This document shows positions 36,760-50,184 of a stretch of DNA of 64,000 nucleotides, piece after piece. The stretch lies in NCBI GenBank assembly GCA_010015585.1, contig ML975164.1; one strand, 5' to 3'. The stretch comes from Eremomyces bilateralis CBS 781.70. Its lineage: Eukaryota. Every line of letters starts with the position of its first letter. Within the stretch, counting starts at the first letter, position 1. The notes below the pieces were generated by a model. That model ran no database searches. It was not told the origin of the DNA and saw nothing but the letters and a program-made list of their open reading frames with translations. The translations under genes were made by a program, and so were the position numbers.

Positions 36760-39700
36760 CTACTCCTTCTGTTTCTTCAAGAACCGTTGATCTGCTAGAA
36801 CTTGCGAGATCATGAAATGAGAAACGTCCTCGTCGCTCCAATAGCTGAGATGGCTAGCAATGCTCGCAAGAATTGAGATGTCAAAAGCGCCTCTGAACGA
36901 TGTTAGCAACGAACCTGTACCCTTGAATGACTGATAGGACTTACTCCTGAATGCTATAATCGACCCGCCCATTTGAATTCAGTGCCCTCACTTTCGCCTC
37001 CTCTTTCCTCAACCTCCTCGCCTGCTCCTCCATATCCGATTTCTGCTGCTTCTCATCCGCCCCGTCTGACACCCCGATGCTTACCGCTAGTTGCTGTTTC
37101 TGAAACCCAGCGTACAGTGTCTGCATGCCGGAGTCGATCAGCGTCGGTGGTCGCTCGCCATCTTCCCCCTCTTGTACCGAGCGCTCTAGCATCTGCGCAG
37201 CGAGGGCTTGTTCTGGCGTGAGGCCATCGGTCGGCGCACGTTTCAGACTTGGAGGCTTCTTCAGCGCCTTTTGCTTCGGCAACGGCTTCAACTGATCCTG
37301 GGGCTGGTCTTTCGCCTCTGAGCTCGACGCTGCAGACGGATCGATTTTATTCAACGGGTTCTTCGGATCTGCTTGCTGCGATGCCGGGTTAATCGAAGAC
37401 GGAAGATGCGAGCCCAGCTTCCCCGCATTATCCGCAGTAATACCCAGGCTGCGATTCAGGAGGTTGCTGGCGATGTTGCTAGCGAAGCTGGTCCAGTAGT
37501 CGGCGACGCTCTGGCCGACGCGGGCGCCAATGCCTGATATCCCCTGGCTTGCGGGAGCACCGAAGATGCCTTTCTTCGTATATGGAAGCGGTTGAGGTTT
37601 CAGTGTGGACATGGCGGGGGAGATCAACGGCTCCAGACGATATGCGATGGGATCGGTAGGGTGGAAGACGTTGAACACACGGTTTACTCGTGGCGAGCTT
37701 CTTGTATTTTCGTGGAATGCACTCGATTTGCTTGTGGTCGACGTTTCTGGAAGGTCGGAGGTAAGGAACGGGTCGTCAAAAACACCGAACGGAGTTTGAC
37801 TGGGCCTGGCATGGGGATGTGATCTGCCCACAATGGTTCGTCCTTTCAGCATCTGGAAGAGACCGATCGGCGATCCCAAGGCGAAGAAGTCTGAGACCGG
37901 GAAGTCGAGTTGAAGTAGGCGATCGCGTTCTTCGTCACGGGTTGATCGTCGGCGTCGAGGAGTGGTACTCTGACTGGCACGGCCGGCGCGGTCGTCTTTT
38001 TGAGCACAGAGGATGTCGAACATGATCGCAGAGCCGAGAGAGTGGCCAGCAAGGCTAACCTTGCCGCGGAACGTTGGGTTTCTCTCCTTGAAGAGCTGGT
38101 AGATGCGATTGACCTCCTGTAAAACTATTCGTGAGATGTGTGGCTTGTAGGCGGGACTCTGATATAGAAGAATATCGAGAGCCAGGTCGGTGATCAGGTT
38201 GCGCACTGCAGGAACACCGTCGACGGTTATAGACTCAAGATCAGGATACTCTTCCTCGGAGTAGTCGGATTCGCCCAAATCGTGTTCCTCGCGGTTGTGC
38301 CGGAGACTTTGTTTGGGGAAGTCGAGGAGATGTCGCCAGCAGATGGGGAGGACTTGGACTCGGCTATTCTTCAGATCCTTTTCTAAATCGGAATTCAGAG
38401 CCTGGAGGTCCGCTGAGTCATTGTATACTGTCTTGAGCGTCTTTCGCAAGGTATTGACGTCTTGAATGAAGTTGACACTCTCCAGTCGAAGCCCAAGCCT
38501 CTGGCCAATGCCATGGGTGACGAGAATAAGATGCTCAATCGGACGAGCCTGATCCTCATCGTCCTCCATTTTGTAGTCGTTCGTGATCTCTTTCTCTTCC
38601 TGCTTCCGGATCGCCTCCTCTTCATTCGCTGGGACACTCGGATTCGTGACAAGATTTGACAGTTGTCTTTGTAGGTTTTCCCTTCTCATCTCATGCGGCG
38701 ATTTATTATTTTCCTCTCTCTCTACAGCCACGTCTCCAGAAATATCCGTCTCTATCGGCTGAACTTCAGGCTTTTCGGTGGATGCTGGCTGCGTCGACGA
38801 ATCCTTCCCACCCTTCCCATCTTTCGGATCTTTCAGCTCTTTCTTTAACGCGGATTCATAACCCCTGACAACTTTGGTGCCGGCGAAATGGCCTCCCCCG
38901 GCGAACCTCTCGTATACTGAGCTGCTCAATTGCACTAGGAAATCATCTGTGATAATCCATGCCGTTATTGCATCTTCATACGTGACAACTGACTTCATGT
39001 GATCGCCAAAAAGTCGTACCGTGCGCTTGGAGGCGGGGTTTTCGCCGCCAGCGTTCTGTTGTAGTTCGGCCACTGCCTCCTCCTTTTTCGCGTTATTGAC
39101 TTCCTCCTCCTTTTTCGGGGGGTCGGAATTTGTCCTTATTCCGCGATTCTTCAACGGACCATCTTCAACCCTGATAGACGTAGGTCTCAATTTCGTTTGC
39201 GAGGATGCCTTTTCGGTCGCCGCTTTTTTCAACGGAGTCCTCCAGGGAGCAATCTTGAGATATCCCTGTTCGAGTTGGGTAGCCAAGTTCTCATCGCATG
39301 GCCGGGGACCGGAGCTATCGACAAAAAACCACGAACCGCGTCGCACGTCGTACGCAGGTCCCAACCAGTATGCAGGAGCCAGCTCGCGCTTTTCTATATC
39401 GACATCGAACAAGTAGTCCTCATTCACTGGCACGGTACCCTTCGGCGACTCGTTCGGATTTTCCGCTGACACGCTTCTTAACCGGCCAGGGGTTCTCGTT
39501 TCCTCCTCGTCTGCTAGCCTCTGGAATGACGCTTCGATGGACCTGGAGTCACTTGCGGAAAAGGGGGTGTATTTCTTCGGGACCTGGGGCTTCTCATTCG
39601 GGGCCGGTTCTGTAGTGAAGGGTTTACGTTTTGGTGCCTTGATCCAGTCAGTGATTAGGGGTCCGTTAATCAACTTATAGGGGAGTGTCCCTTACATCTA

Positions 39701-39962
39701 CAGCATGATACCATTGTGCCGTCAGCAGAGGACAATCCTCCGGGTACACCTTTCTGCTCAACCAATGTAGCCGATTGACAATATGATCACCCCCTTTCTG
39801 GAGCCCCTGTGCCTGCGGCTCACCCGCCTGCACCGCTCCTTCTGAGCTCGTTTGTGCCTGTGGTTTGGGCGTCGCGCTTTTCGAACCCCAAGGTGATAGC
39901 TGCATTAAGCTCGCGGGAATATATGAGGCCGAGGTCGGCCTATCTTTAGGGGGCGTCGCCAT
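36760..39962 (-). CDS. DDHD-domain intracellular phospholipase A1 (Ddl1/YOR022C-like); introns 39695-39638 and 36944-36893
   Basis: APAYWLGPAYDVRRGSWF, HLILVTHGIGQ, lipase motif GHSLG, FFALGSPIG, NVFHPTDPIAYRLEP, GRVDYSIQE/GAFD...SHLSYW. Confidence 0.9.
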
Positions 39963-40509
39963 TATCGGCGTGCCGGCCAAGCCGGCTGTGCGCTCTTTTT
40001 GCCAAAGAGAGGGAGGAATTGGTGATTTGGCACGCGGACGCCAGGTTGCGGGGAGACGTTGGGGGAGGAGTCGGGAGAGGTGGGAGTGGGCCAACGTGGC
40101 TGGGGTGATGGACAATGTGGGATTGAGTGCTGTTGACAAAACGACGCTACATTGACGAATGATAGGATTGAGGACCCCTAAGCGTATTAAGTATCCGAAG
40201 CGTTATCTGTTGTTGTCGCGTGTCCGTAATATCTAATCCCGATATCGTGCCTGGATTACGATATGCCAGGATGCCGAAATGTTTGATCGAGTGACGTCGA
40301 CCCTGTGGCTGTGCACGAGCAGTGGCTTGAACATTCAAAATTCACCCAGTCACGTGTCATATCATACACCTGACGATACCTGATTTCGAGTGAATCTTAT
40401 CTTTCGGTACTGCTAGTTAGTTGTACCTAATTTAATTTATTTACGGGAGGGATATCCAGATATTCCCTCCTTACTCACTATATGCATGTAAAATATCACG
40501 CAATTCATA

Positions 40510-41626
40510 ATGGCTGGTCAAGCCTCTGGAGGAGAGGATGGGTGGATCTCGGAGGAGTCCAACTTTTGTGGTTCGCTATATTAAGCCCCGTGTCACATCC
40601 CCTGATAATGTGGATCTCTAACACCAAGAGCAGGGGATGAGGAAACGCGGGAAGCACTTGAACAGCAGATCCGGAATTCCAAGCCAACGGAGTTCCTCGA
40701 CGTTTTCAAACGATACCCAAACAATCTCGCTGCGAGAGTCACCTCTGAAAATGAAAATGACCAGGTGAGTATTGGAGCCCTGTTGTATGGTCACGCAGAA
40801 CCATGTTGCTTATCATCATGAATAGAAAGCTGCGAGCGACGCAAAGCCGAACCAGTGGTTCGAAGGCGACAAAGCCCATCGTCAGCCTAACGAGACGGTC
40901 AAGCGGTTCCTCAAGCGCATGCCGCCGCTGACCACTGTTGGATCGACTGTTCTCCCATGGCTCTTCGTCGATGGCCCCGACCCTCATGTCGACGAGAGCA
41001 CCGAAAGGGATCTCGGAAAATTCACCGAACTTGGCGTCGAGCTGCAGAATCAGTTCATGGAACAGAAGAGGAGAGCCGAGACAGCCGATCCGAACCGGCC
41101 AAAGCAGACCATCACCAAGATGCTAAAGCCGGATCGCGATGCGTTGGTAGAAGGAATCCGAGCCATCGCGAAAGAAAATGGCATCCTATTCGGCAAATGG
41201 ATGCTCTTCCCGCCGCTGGAAGACCTCCCCCGCATCTGGCGGAAGGTCTGCGAAGGCGTGATTGCCGGGCAGCTGGGGCCGCAGGCAAAAGTCGCGACGG
41301 CGGACTTCGAAGGAGATCCGAAGATACGCGTCATATGTATCTACACCAAAGACTTCGACAACCAGGATGATGTGCTGCGGGTGCTGCTCGGCCTGAAGGA
41401 CTTGGGGATCGTGTCGGAGACGGATTCAAGGGGGATTTACTACAAAGCAGACGCGTATACCTACCTTGACATCAAGTCGGACAACCCGTTCGGGATTCGG
41501 GCAAGTATGTACTCCAGTCGAGACGTGTTGAAGGCCAAGGAATTGAAGCGGGGGAGAGCCGACACGAACGGGATGGGAGGGAAAACGGGGAAGAAGCAGG
41601 TGACATTGAGCCAGTTTATGAAGTAA
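40510..41626 (+). CDS. DUF1917 / C11orf68 (BLES03)-like protein, eIF4E-like fold; introns 40571-40633 and 40765-40825
   Basis: FLKRMPP...PW, GKWMLF, GQLGPQAKVAT, VICIYTKDF, IYYKADAYTYLDI...ASMYSS. Two canonical introns extend the ORF to the ATG at 40510. Confidence 0.8.
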
Positions 41627-43203
41627 GAACTGATGAGAAGTTCATGACGGATCATATCCCGGCGTTAGTACCAGTGGGTTTCAGTTCTATACCGACGAGC
41701 GCCGTCTGCAGCGTTTCCAGTGTTGAGGTCGTATAGAAATTTACGCGTCTGTACAGCTTACCTGGATCTTGCGTGCGTTGATCGGGGTCGATAATGGCAA
41801 AGGCCTAAAATTTGGGCAACCTTGTTAACTTGCCTCGATTCGTCCATGAGTTGAGTCATCCTCATTGTTCGGCCAGGTCTCCGGCGTCTAAGTGAATAAT
41901 GCTGTGCCATGTCATTCACATAAGCCATACTACGTACTACGTAGTAGAGTGAGAGGTTGGCGGCACCAAACGCTTGAGTGGAGGATCCAACAAGATGGAG
42001 ACTGAGATAAGCACAACGCAAAAGCAAAAATTTCTACCAACTCCTCGAAGATTAAGCTTTGGTATGCGAGACACCGCAACCCCCTGCTCGATTGGTTCAA
42101 CGACCATGCGATATGCAGTCGACAAAGTCCAGACAAGCGAGACAGGGAACCCCCGTCCCATCCGCATCCAGCAAAGATGGCTGAACTGACGATCGTGCGG
42201 AACAACGAACGACGATTCGACTCGTCAGACCGCGGCAGGAGCGCTCCAACGCCCAGTGAAGTGCGAACACGACACACGCCACCTCCAAGTCTCCAGGACT
42301 CAACTGGAACCATCAGAATACAAGGTGGGGAAAATGAGATAAGATCAGAGAGGTCACGAAAACCAAGCAAACGACGGTCGGGAACATGCCCTTTCATAGT
42401 TTCATTTCCAAGGCCAGTCCTCCGGGTGGATCGTGGGACGCCATACCGCAGGTGGCTTGAGCCTGGAGAGTTGAGAACGGATGAATGGATCCGTATTATG
42501 GATGCGAATTAAGCGTTGGCGTTGGTGGTGGACTGGTGGTGGTGTCTGATGCCCGCAAGCCGCAAGGCCGCAACCATGCAGAATTGCAGATGGCGCCGGC
42601 CCGCATCCTTGCTGGCTTCGCGTCCATGTGATGGGTCTGGTTTCTTTTTTGATTGCGAGGAAAAGTGCGGGGCGATTAATTTGGGGCTTTTGGGAATTGG
42701 GGGGGTTTGGCTACCGGACTTGGTTAAGACTGATCGGTTGGGCTGCTGATTATGGTTGGAAGGAAGTTGCTGGTTGTTGGAATGATTCGCCTGGTACGGA
42801 ATACAAGCCAACAGTTGCTCACTGAGTTGTCGACTGGTCGTGTGCTGCCGAGTCTGGTGAGCGGAGCGGAGTGTAGCGGGAGTGCTGATGTTCCTGTTAG
42901 AGGTGGAGTGGGATAAGCGGCGGCAGTCCGGCACACCATACAGCGGAGAGCCAAGACCCCGGTAGACGGTAGTGCAGCGGGCCCCCTCTTAGCCCTCTAC
43001 CATTGCATCCTCCACGCGGGAAACGCAGGTGCAGGGAACGTGAAAAAACCGTCCAACAACGTCTGGTCTTTGGCTTCCCCGTCTCCCCCCCCAAGTCCCC
43101 AAGTCGCTTACCCAGTGGATGACCGACGAGCGACCAGCGACAATATCCGATCCGGCTCGAGTCGCACCCACCTCCGATCGAATCGTATTGATTGATCGTA
43201 ATT

Positions 43204-44805
43204 ATGGATGCCTATGCGAGTGATTTCCCGCAGCACCAACCCTTGCCGTTCAATCATGGTCCGCCGCCGCCTTTCCCTCAGCCCATGCCTGGTGCTGCCC
43301 AGTCGTACAATCCCAACTTCCCCCCCTCGACCCCAATGATGCATCCTGCTCAGCAGCAGATGCACTATCTCCACCAGCGCGGTACGTATTGCTACCCACC
43401 CTTCGGTCCCGAGACGTTTAAGCATGTCGTCCGCTGCCGCATCCGCGTGCCTGGGCGTTTTAGCTACCGGGAGCGTTGGAGGTTGACCGCCCTAGCTGCG
43501 TGTGACGGCATGATGGCTCCTTCGATCCGCTCATCCAGGCCTCTGGGACATCGAACTTCCAAATCGGAGGCAGCGTAGTTCGCAGATCGACCTTGAAACT
43601 AACATGCTCTCATTCAGGAACCGTCCAGAATCAAGCGTTTTTGCCGCAACAGCAGCCCCATCCACCGTTTTCGAGCCCTCAACAGGTCCCTCTCACGTCA
43701 CAAGCATTCATACCGTCGAGTTCGCAAGCGCCTCAATATCCCCCGTCTACGCAGCAGCAATTCCAGCACTTCCCTCCACCTACGGCGCCGCAATTTCCTC
43801 CGCATTCGCAGCCACCCCCACAGTCTCCCGCCCACATACACCAACAGCCCCCTCGACCACAACAGCCGAGTCCACAATCGATACCGCTCCAATCGCAACC
43901 TCCGCTGAATGCGCCGTCATCCCGAAACACGACACCTATATCGACCGCAACCGCGCAGTCAGGCTCCGTGCCGGGGCTAGTGGAGGGCGGCAAGATGCAT
44001 CCGAGTCAGCATACTCCGACTCAATCATCCACCCCTCAGCAGCACACGCCAACTGCTCAGAAACCAGGCGGTCCTACCACTCCTCAATCGCCGAATGGCC
44101 CGTTGCCCGTGGATCGAAAGCTCATGGAGCAGAGAATCGAAGCCCTGTTAGAGATCAACGGGGAGCTTCTCCGTGAAATGATCGACCTCCAATCCCAGGG
44201 GAAAGGAGGCGGCATGCCACCCCCTGCGACCCACGACGCGGAGAAAAAGGACGACGATAAGTTCGCGTCGCCGGAATTCGTCGAGTGCGTATATCCCCCC
44301 TCCGACAACCACATCCTCCCAATTCTCAATCCACACCGCTAACCTCCCTAGACTCATGAAACGCTTCCAAGCCAATCTCGCCTGGGTCATCTTCTGGCAC
44401 GAACGCGCCACCAACAAAGGCAAACCCGGCCAACAAGCACCCCCTGGCCCCATGATCATGACCCCGCCGGCCGGCTACGACGCCATCGCCGAGCTGTACG
44501 CGAAGATGGTCCCGCTGTTCAACGGCTGGAAAGGCCCGACGCCGAAGCCGCCGGTGCCGCAGCAGCAGGGGACGTCGAGCCCGCAGACCGCCATGTCCGC
44601 GCAACAAATGCAGGCGCAGCGCGCGAGGATGGCCGCGCAGATGCATGCGCAGCAGGCCGCGCAGATGGCGCAACATCAGGCCGCGCAGCAGCAAGCCCAA
44701 CAGCAGGCGCAATTACAGGCGCAACAACAGGCGCAGCAGAAACAGATGCAACAGCAGCTGCAGGCACAGCAACAGCAGCAGCAACAGCCGCCGCCGCCGC
44801 AATAG
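43204..44805 (+). CDS. Q/P-rich protein with an SS18/SSXT (SNH)-like domain, putative SWI/SNF-associated coactivator; introns 43382-43617 and 44285-44351
   Basis: RIEALLEINGELLREMIDLQSQGK...EFVE/LMKRFQANLAWV resembles the SSXT pattern (LDENxxLI...QxxGK...LxxNLxYLA); polyQ tail; both introns canonical and frame-restoring. Confidence 0.7.
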
Positions 44806-45624
44806 CGAATCCTCATCCGAGGATCTCGTATGACGTCTCTGGGATTGGAGTCTGAAACGATGGAACGAGCGTCGTGTATATACCTATTGGACCTACGGGG
44901 ATGGTTTTTTTGGCACTGCGAATCTTTGATGCGGGACCCGGGATGGATGGAGTACATGTTATGCAACAGCCGATGAGCCATGCCGCTGGGCATGGTTATA
45001 CAATGCTCGGCGAATTTGATAGTACGGACAAGACACGACACTTTCGGTAGCGGTATATCATGATTGTTCGGAATAATCGGCTGTGGATGAGGGACTTGTT
45101 TCGTATGGTCCTATTTGGACGACTGGTTGAGTTCTGTGTCTCATGCGTTCGGTAAGGAGACTCGGTGGTGTAGGCAAGGTAGGAATTATAACAGTCTGTT
45201 CGACCTACCGGTACGGAGTATATTCCTGCCAATCCTTCGCTTACATCGGCCAGTAATTCGATTTCTCGGGGTCCGGTTTATACGCATAGCCTCCTATAGT
45301 ACTCGTCCAAAACCCCCGAACGTTGTACAGATATGTTGCTCCTACTATACCTATCCATGGCCAGTACCCCTATTCTGTATCAATTGTTGAATTGCCTTGG
45401 CATACTTTCCACCTCACTCGAGGTGGGGCGAAGGTAATATGGCAGCAACAATGTCAACCCATCTCGCACCACTATCGCCCACATCACCAGCATCAAGTCG
45501 AAACAACTCCCAGGCTCATCTTGGTTTCATATCACTACCGTCCAGCAGGATGATTTAAAGACAAGTTTGCGAACCCCTTCTTGCTACCCATCCACCATGT
45601 CTCCATATGAACCCTCTATCCAGG

Positions 45625-46576
45625 TTACGCCCAGTTCTTGAACTGATGCTCCGCGTAATCCGGCAATCCACCCTTAGTCGTGAACTTCGCCTTGACGCTG
45701 TCATCACCCTTGAGGTGCCAGTTCAACCACTCGACGGCCTGAACCGCCCATTTACCGCCATTTGGTTGCGACATCGTGCCCTGGTGCCCGACGTTCTGAC
45801 TGAGCAGCACCGCCGGCGCAGCCGTGAGGGCGTTGAAATCCGCGAGTCCCTAGAATCAAGTCAGCAAATGCGGTCTAAGATGCCGAACCGGGGATTCAAC
45901 GCCCTACATTCCGGTACGCGATGTCGCGGCTGCCACCGAGGAAGTAGATAATCGGGGTTTTCAGTGTCGCGGCAAGCTGGCCCCGCAGGTCCGCCGCATC
46001 GCCCAGCAGCCCGCTGTTAAAGATCACGGTGGTCTTGACACGCGGATCCTGCGTGGCGGTGTACGCTTGCATGCCGCCGCACGACTGGCCGGAGGACGCG
46101 ACCTTCGTGACGTCTACCTGAAGCGTCCCGCTCTGGGCCGCCTCGGCCGCCCAATTGATGCCATCGAAGATGTCGGTGCTCGTGGAGAACGTGACCTCGT
46201 CGTTCCCTGACCGTCCGTTGGCAATAACGACGTACCCGTGCGACGCAATCTCTGTTAGAAGAATGCCGTGCGTCTGACCCAGGGCGAGGCAGCCGCCGTT
46301 GCCCCACACGATGAGGGGAAACTTGGCATCCGCTGGCGGCTCCTTTGGCGCGTAGATCGTGTGGTTAGCGAGGCTGGGGTCTTCGTACCATCCGGCCTTG
46401 TATTGACCTGAGCCTCCGGAGGCGTCGACCTCGACCGGCGGTTTCAGTCCGCCCAACAGCGTCTGCAGGAACCCCCCAACACCAGTGGTCTCCCCACCAT
46501 TGAAATCGATGAAATTGGGGGGGTACTGGGCGGCGGCCAGAGTGGCTAAGAGTGTGCTTGCGAAGACAACCCTCAT
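45625..46576 (-). CDS. Secreted alpha/beta-hydrolase (chlorophyllase/polyesterase-like); intron 45907-45850
   Basis: Signal peptide MRVVFASTLLATLAAA; PLIVWGNGGC; EIASHGYVVIA; nucleophile elbow GQSCGG; GGSRDIA; VGHQGT; TATA (ATATAAAA, minus strand) at about 46681. Confidence 0.85.
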
Positions 46577-46810
46577 TTTGGAAAGCTCGTTCTCGTACAC
46601 CGAAAGGAATGTCAGAATAGCGAAAGGGGATTTGTCGGTGGATTCTGTACAAACGTTAGAGAGTCAGTGAGAGAAGAGCTTTTTATATCTCGTGTCCTTC
46701 GACGATGACTATCGGAAATGCCAGATTGGTTTAGCAGACGCAAATGCTGGCTGGACACTTCTTGAGTGTCTCGACCAACCCGTTTCTACGTTGGATGACT
46801 TTCAGTAGAT

Positions 46811-46969
46811 TAGGGCTGGACACGAATAAGGAATTTGGCTATTCGTATTCGACTTTTCCTCTTGAACGATTACTCGCATTCGACTTTTCCTCTTGAACGA
46901 TTACTCGTATTCGACTAAGTTTTGAGACGTTTTATTCATATTATTCGCGAATATTCGTGTCCAGCCCTA
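46811..46969. mobile_element. 159-bp MITE, hAT-like
   Basis: Perfect 18-bp TIRs TAGGGCTGGACACGAATA / TATTCGTGTCCAGCCCTA; repeated internal TATTCG/ATTCG motifs; internal 31-bp tandem duplication. AGTAGAT occurs on both flanks but is offset by 3 nt on the right, so the TSD is not clean. Confidence 0.8.
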
Positions 46970-46994
46970 CTGAGTAGATTGGATATTGAGGTCT

Positions 46995-47035
46995 CTCGGA
47001 ATTTCCGAGCGAGATCCCTACTCCGGGAACTCCGA
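46995..47035. promoter_or_regulatory. Two inverted CGG-N5-CCG sites, candidate Zn2Cys6 binding sites
   Basis: CTCGGAATTTCCGAG (46995-47009) and CGGGAACTCCGA (47024-47035), 420-460 bp upstream of the hydrolase ATG. Confidence 0.45.
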
Positions 47036-47268
47036 CCTTAATAGTCGCGATATTGATTCGGATAGCGGACGGGACTTGCATTATGCCGTCCGATACATGT
47101 TATCAAACTCTTGAGATTTCATTCTCTTGAGATTTCATTCTCGCTAGGCATTCCCAGTGTAATCCACACGCCAATATCAGATCAATAGTGCTCAGTATTC
47201 TCCTTTGCATCGGCACTCATCCGAGGCTGGCTGCTTAGGATCCAATAACATTTCTACATACCTCATCT

Positions 47269-49587
47269 CTATACAATGTCACCCCTACTTAACCCTTGAA
47301 TCCCACTGGCACTCACATCTTGCTCCACGTCGTCGAGCCACATGGGAAAATTCTCGTCAAAGACATTGAATTCAAAGTGAGGATCGCTAAAACCATCGGC
47401 TAACCATGGAACTGAAGGTTCTAGCGGAGCTGAAGCTGTTTGCGATCCTGATCCTCCATCCATTTGGCCGGCGAGGAGTTCACCGACCAGCTCACGGGCG
47501 AATTTCCCAATATTTCGAGCCACTCGGCACTCCTCCATGGCTCCAAGGATTTCGATGGCTTGATTTATGTATAACAAATTTGCCGAATATGGGCGTGTCG
47601 TCACCGGTTCGTGATAAAACGCAGACAAGATGATTGATAGGCCGAAGGTGAGGTATGTTGTATTATTCCACCTGTTCCGAATCGGTCCGTTAGTTCTGTT
47701 TCATACGTTGACTTCTTGACATACCAGGATCGGAAGAAATGATGCATACGGTATGCCGAGTGAATGGACTTGATGATGTCTACCGCGGCATCTTTACAAT
47801 TTTGGGCGTAGGCGGTGAGCCGTTCCACTTCTTTTCCGTTCCGGAGGCCCCTTTGCCCATGTAGGAAGAACAAGTAGAAGAGGACGATTCGTGCATGTAA
47901 ATATCCTAGGGATATTAGCTCAAGGTGCTTGGAAGCTGGTGCGTTCAGTGGAATGAGGACTTACTCAAATTGAGCACGAGCATTTGCAACTCTGGCCAGC
48001 AGTGGTTGTCGAGCATCAAGCGTGGATTTGTTGTTTCCGAGCGCGAATTAGGTCGAATGTTGGCTGGAAGTCGCGCTAGCCAAGTGCTCAAATCGTGTTC
48101 GTACTCGCTGGCTCTTTGAAGTTTCTCTGAGAGACCAGTGGGTTCCCAGTAGATGTTCTTTGAGATTTGTCGCAGGATTCGAGACAGCCCGAGCATTGCT
48201 GGGATAATGGTAGTTTCCGTCTCGTTGGGTTCGCTGATCGATGGCGGCAGTCTGTTGTGGTAGGAGTCCAATCCGAGTATGTCGGGTCTACTTATGTTGA
48301 AGCTAGACTCCGTTTCCAAGGAATAGAGGGCCCACCATGTTCGAGATACGACAAGACTGGGAGAGTCCTGTGGAAAACCACGCTCGCGGAACTGTGCTAG
48401 TCGATTAATACCCGTTGAGAAAGCCGTCCGGAGAGCGGTTCCTAGGTATGTATATGCCAAGTTTGGATTCAGTTGGTGCTGACAGACTTGTGACATGATG
48501 ATTAAAGCCTGGATTGCTTCTAAGTCGTTCAACGATCCTGGCCTGCCCATCGTCAACTCGGCTCTTTCGAACAGCGTAAGAGTCCACGCATTCCTATCCA
48601 TTCCGTTAATGGAGCCTTCGGTCCAAGTCCGGGTCAGCACACCAAGTGACAATACCGCAAAGTACAACGCCTTGAAGCTCTGGTGGATTGGTATTCCATG
48701 ACCAGTCCAGAGCGAATGGCAACGCTCAAGGAACACGTTTTGATCGATAATGGGATACACGTAATGCAGGGTTTTAAAGTAGCTGTCAATAAAGAGTAAC
48801 GCGTGGAGCGGATAGTAGTTCTCTTCGACCAAGTTCGGACTTTCTCGCAACTTCATGAAGGCTTCGTTTTGAAACTCGCTAATGACCTGTCGATTGGCAA
48901 ACCCAGGAGCAGGATGCCTACCACATCCATTGTTTGAACTGCTTTCCTTCATCTTCACCAGGCGGTAAAGAAATGCTAGCGACGATGTTGGACCGTGGAA
49001 CTCGAAACTCCTTGTCGAACCGTTGATGTCCATGACTTCATCGGGGCTATTTTCCGCGATGTCCTTGTTCTGATCGCCCGTGGGAGCCCCCGCCGCTGCT
49101 CTGGAGATAGAAGAGTCGCTTTGATTCTCCCCATGGATTGGGCGTGGTACGTTCTGAAGTGACGGCTGTGCTCCAGCCTCTGGCGCGGTGTTTCCGGTTG
49201 GTGTCAAGTCCGTTTCGTGTTGCTGTGAGGTTCCTAGAAGACGAAGTGCAGCCTTAGCCCGTTCGAGAGACTCCTCCAACTCCTTTACATATCTACCAAA
49301 GCCATAAGTGTTCCGTAATAATATAGAGCGCCGATATTCCTTACCGGATGGAATACTCGGAACGTCTCACAGTACCGTTCGGCTCCCTCTGGAAGATGCA
49401 TTCTCGGCCCTGTCCTTTTGCCGCAATTTCGGTTAGGCGAGAGGAGTCTGATGGGACAGAGCCACTTACTTCGACAATGAGAACATGGAATATGCCCATC
49501 GCACTTGTACTTTTTCGCTCGACAGGTGTTACATGCCTGAGCTACGCGTGGGCGTCTCCCTCTCTCAACCGGCATATTTGTCTCCAT
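47269..49587 (-). CDS. Zn(II)2Cys6 transcription factor with fungal-specific TF (middle homology) domain; introns 49469-49415, 49344-49293, 47964-47906, 47724-47672
   Basis: RPRVAQACNTCRAKKYKCDGHIPCSHCR/RQGRECIF, coiled coil RYVKELEE, EFHGPTSS, YFKTLHYVYPIID, SRTWWALYSLE; four canonical introns keep the frame. Confidence 0.92.
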
Positions 49588-50184
49588 GTCGTCTGCACTG
49601 AGAGACGGTCATGATTGAAACGGGAATTCTGCGGGTTTCCATGATGACATGCGTGAACCTAAGCAAGAGCACTTGGAGGATATTCGTCATAAGCTAATCT
49701 AATCGATCCCGTGTTTCCTCCAGAGTGATGTTTCCTACAAAGTGACGCGAGAGCATGGGAGATTGAGACAACAGGCACGTACCTTAGCATTTATGGTACC
49801 CCAGATGATTGGATAGTCTTGATACCTAAGCTCGTTCTGGCAATATTAGAGTAGTTACCACAAGCCCGTCCTGAATAAACTCCTGATACAGGCAAATGTT
49901 TGGTAAGGTGGTTGGTCTAACTTAGTTAAGTGAACCACGTTCCATTTAAATTTAGTAAACTCCAAAATCGAGTGCATAGGTGCCGAATTGCAACAGTCTC
50001 TTCCCTAGGTTGACAAGAGAAAGCTATATGCGCCCCTCAGCGGCTGTCCTGGTCTTAGATTGGTGGGGGGATTTAATCTTATCATGGAGCTGAGGCTCTT
50101 CATGGCCACTTCCCACCAATCTTTCAGCATCTGGGTTTCGTCTGGGTTTCGTCTGGGCGTTAATCAATAATTAGGGGCATGAGC

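Noticed and set aside
46846..46913. 31-bp repeats as a CRISPR-like array
   Set aside because: Adjacent tandem copies without spacers, inside a MITE, in a eukaryotic genome with no cas genes.
47108..47142. Short perfect duplications (16 bp here; also 35995, 50131, 56140)
   Set aside because: Ordinary replication-slippage products with no evidence of function.
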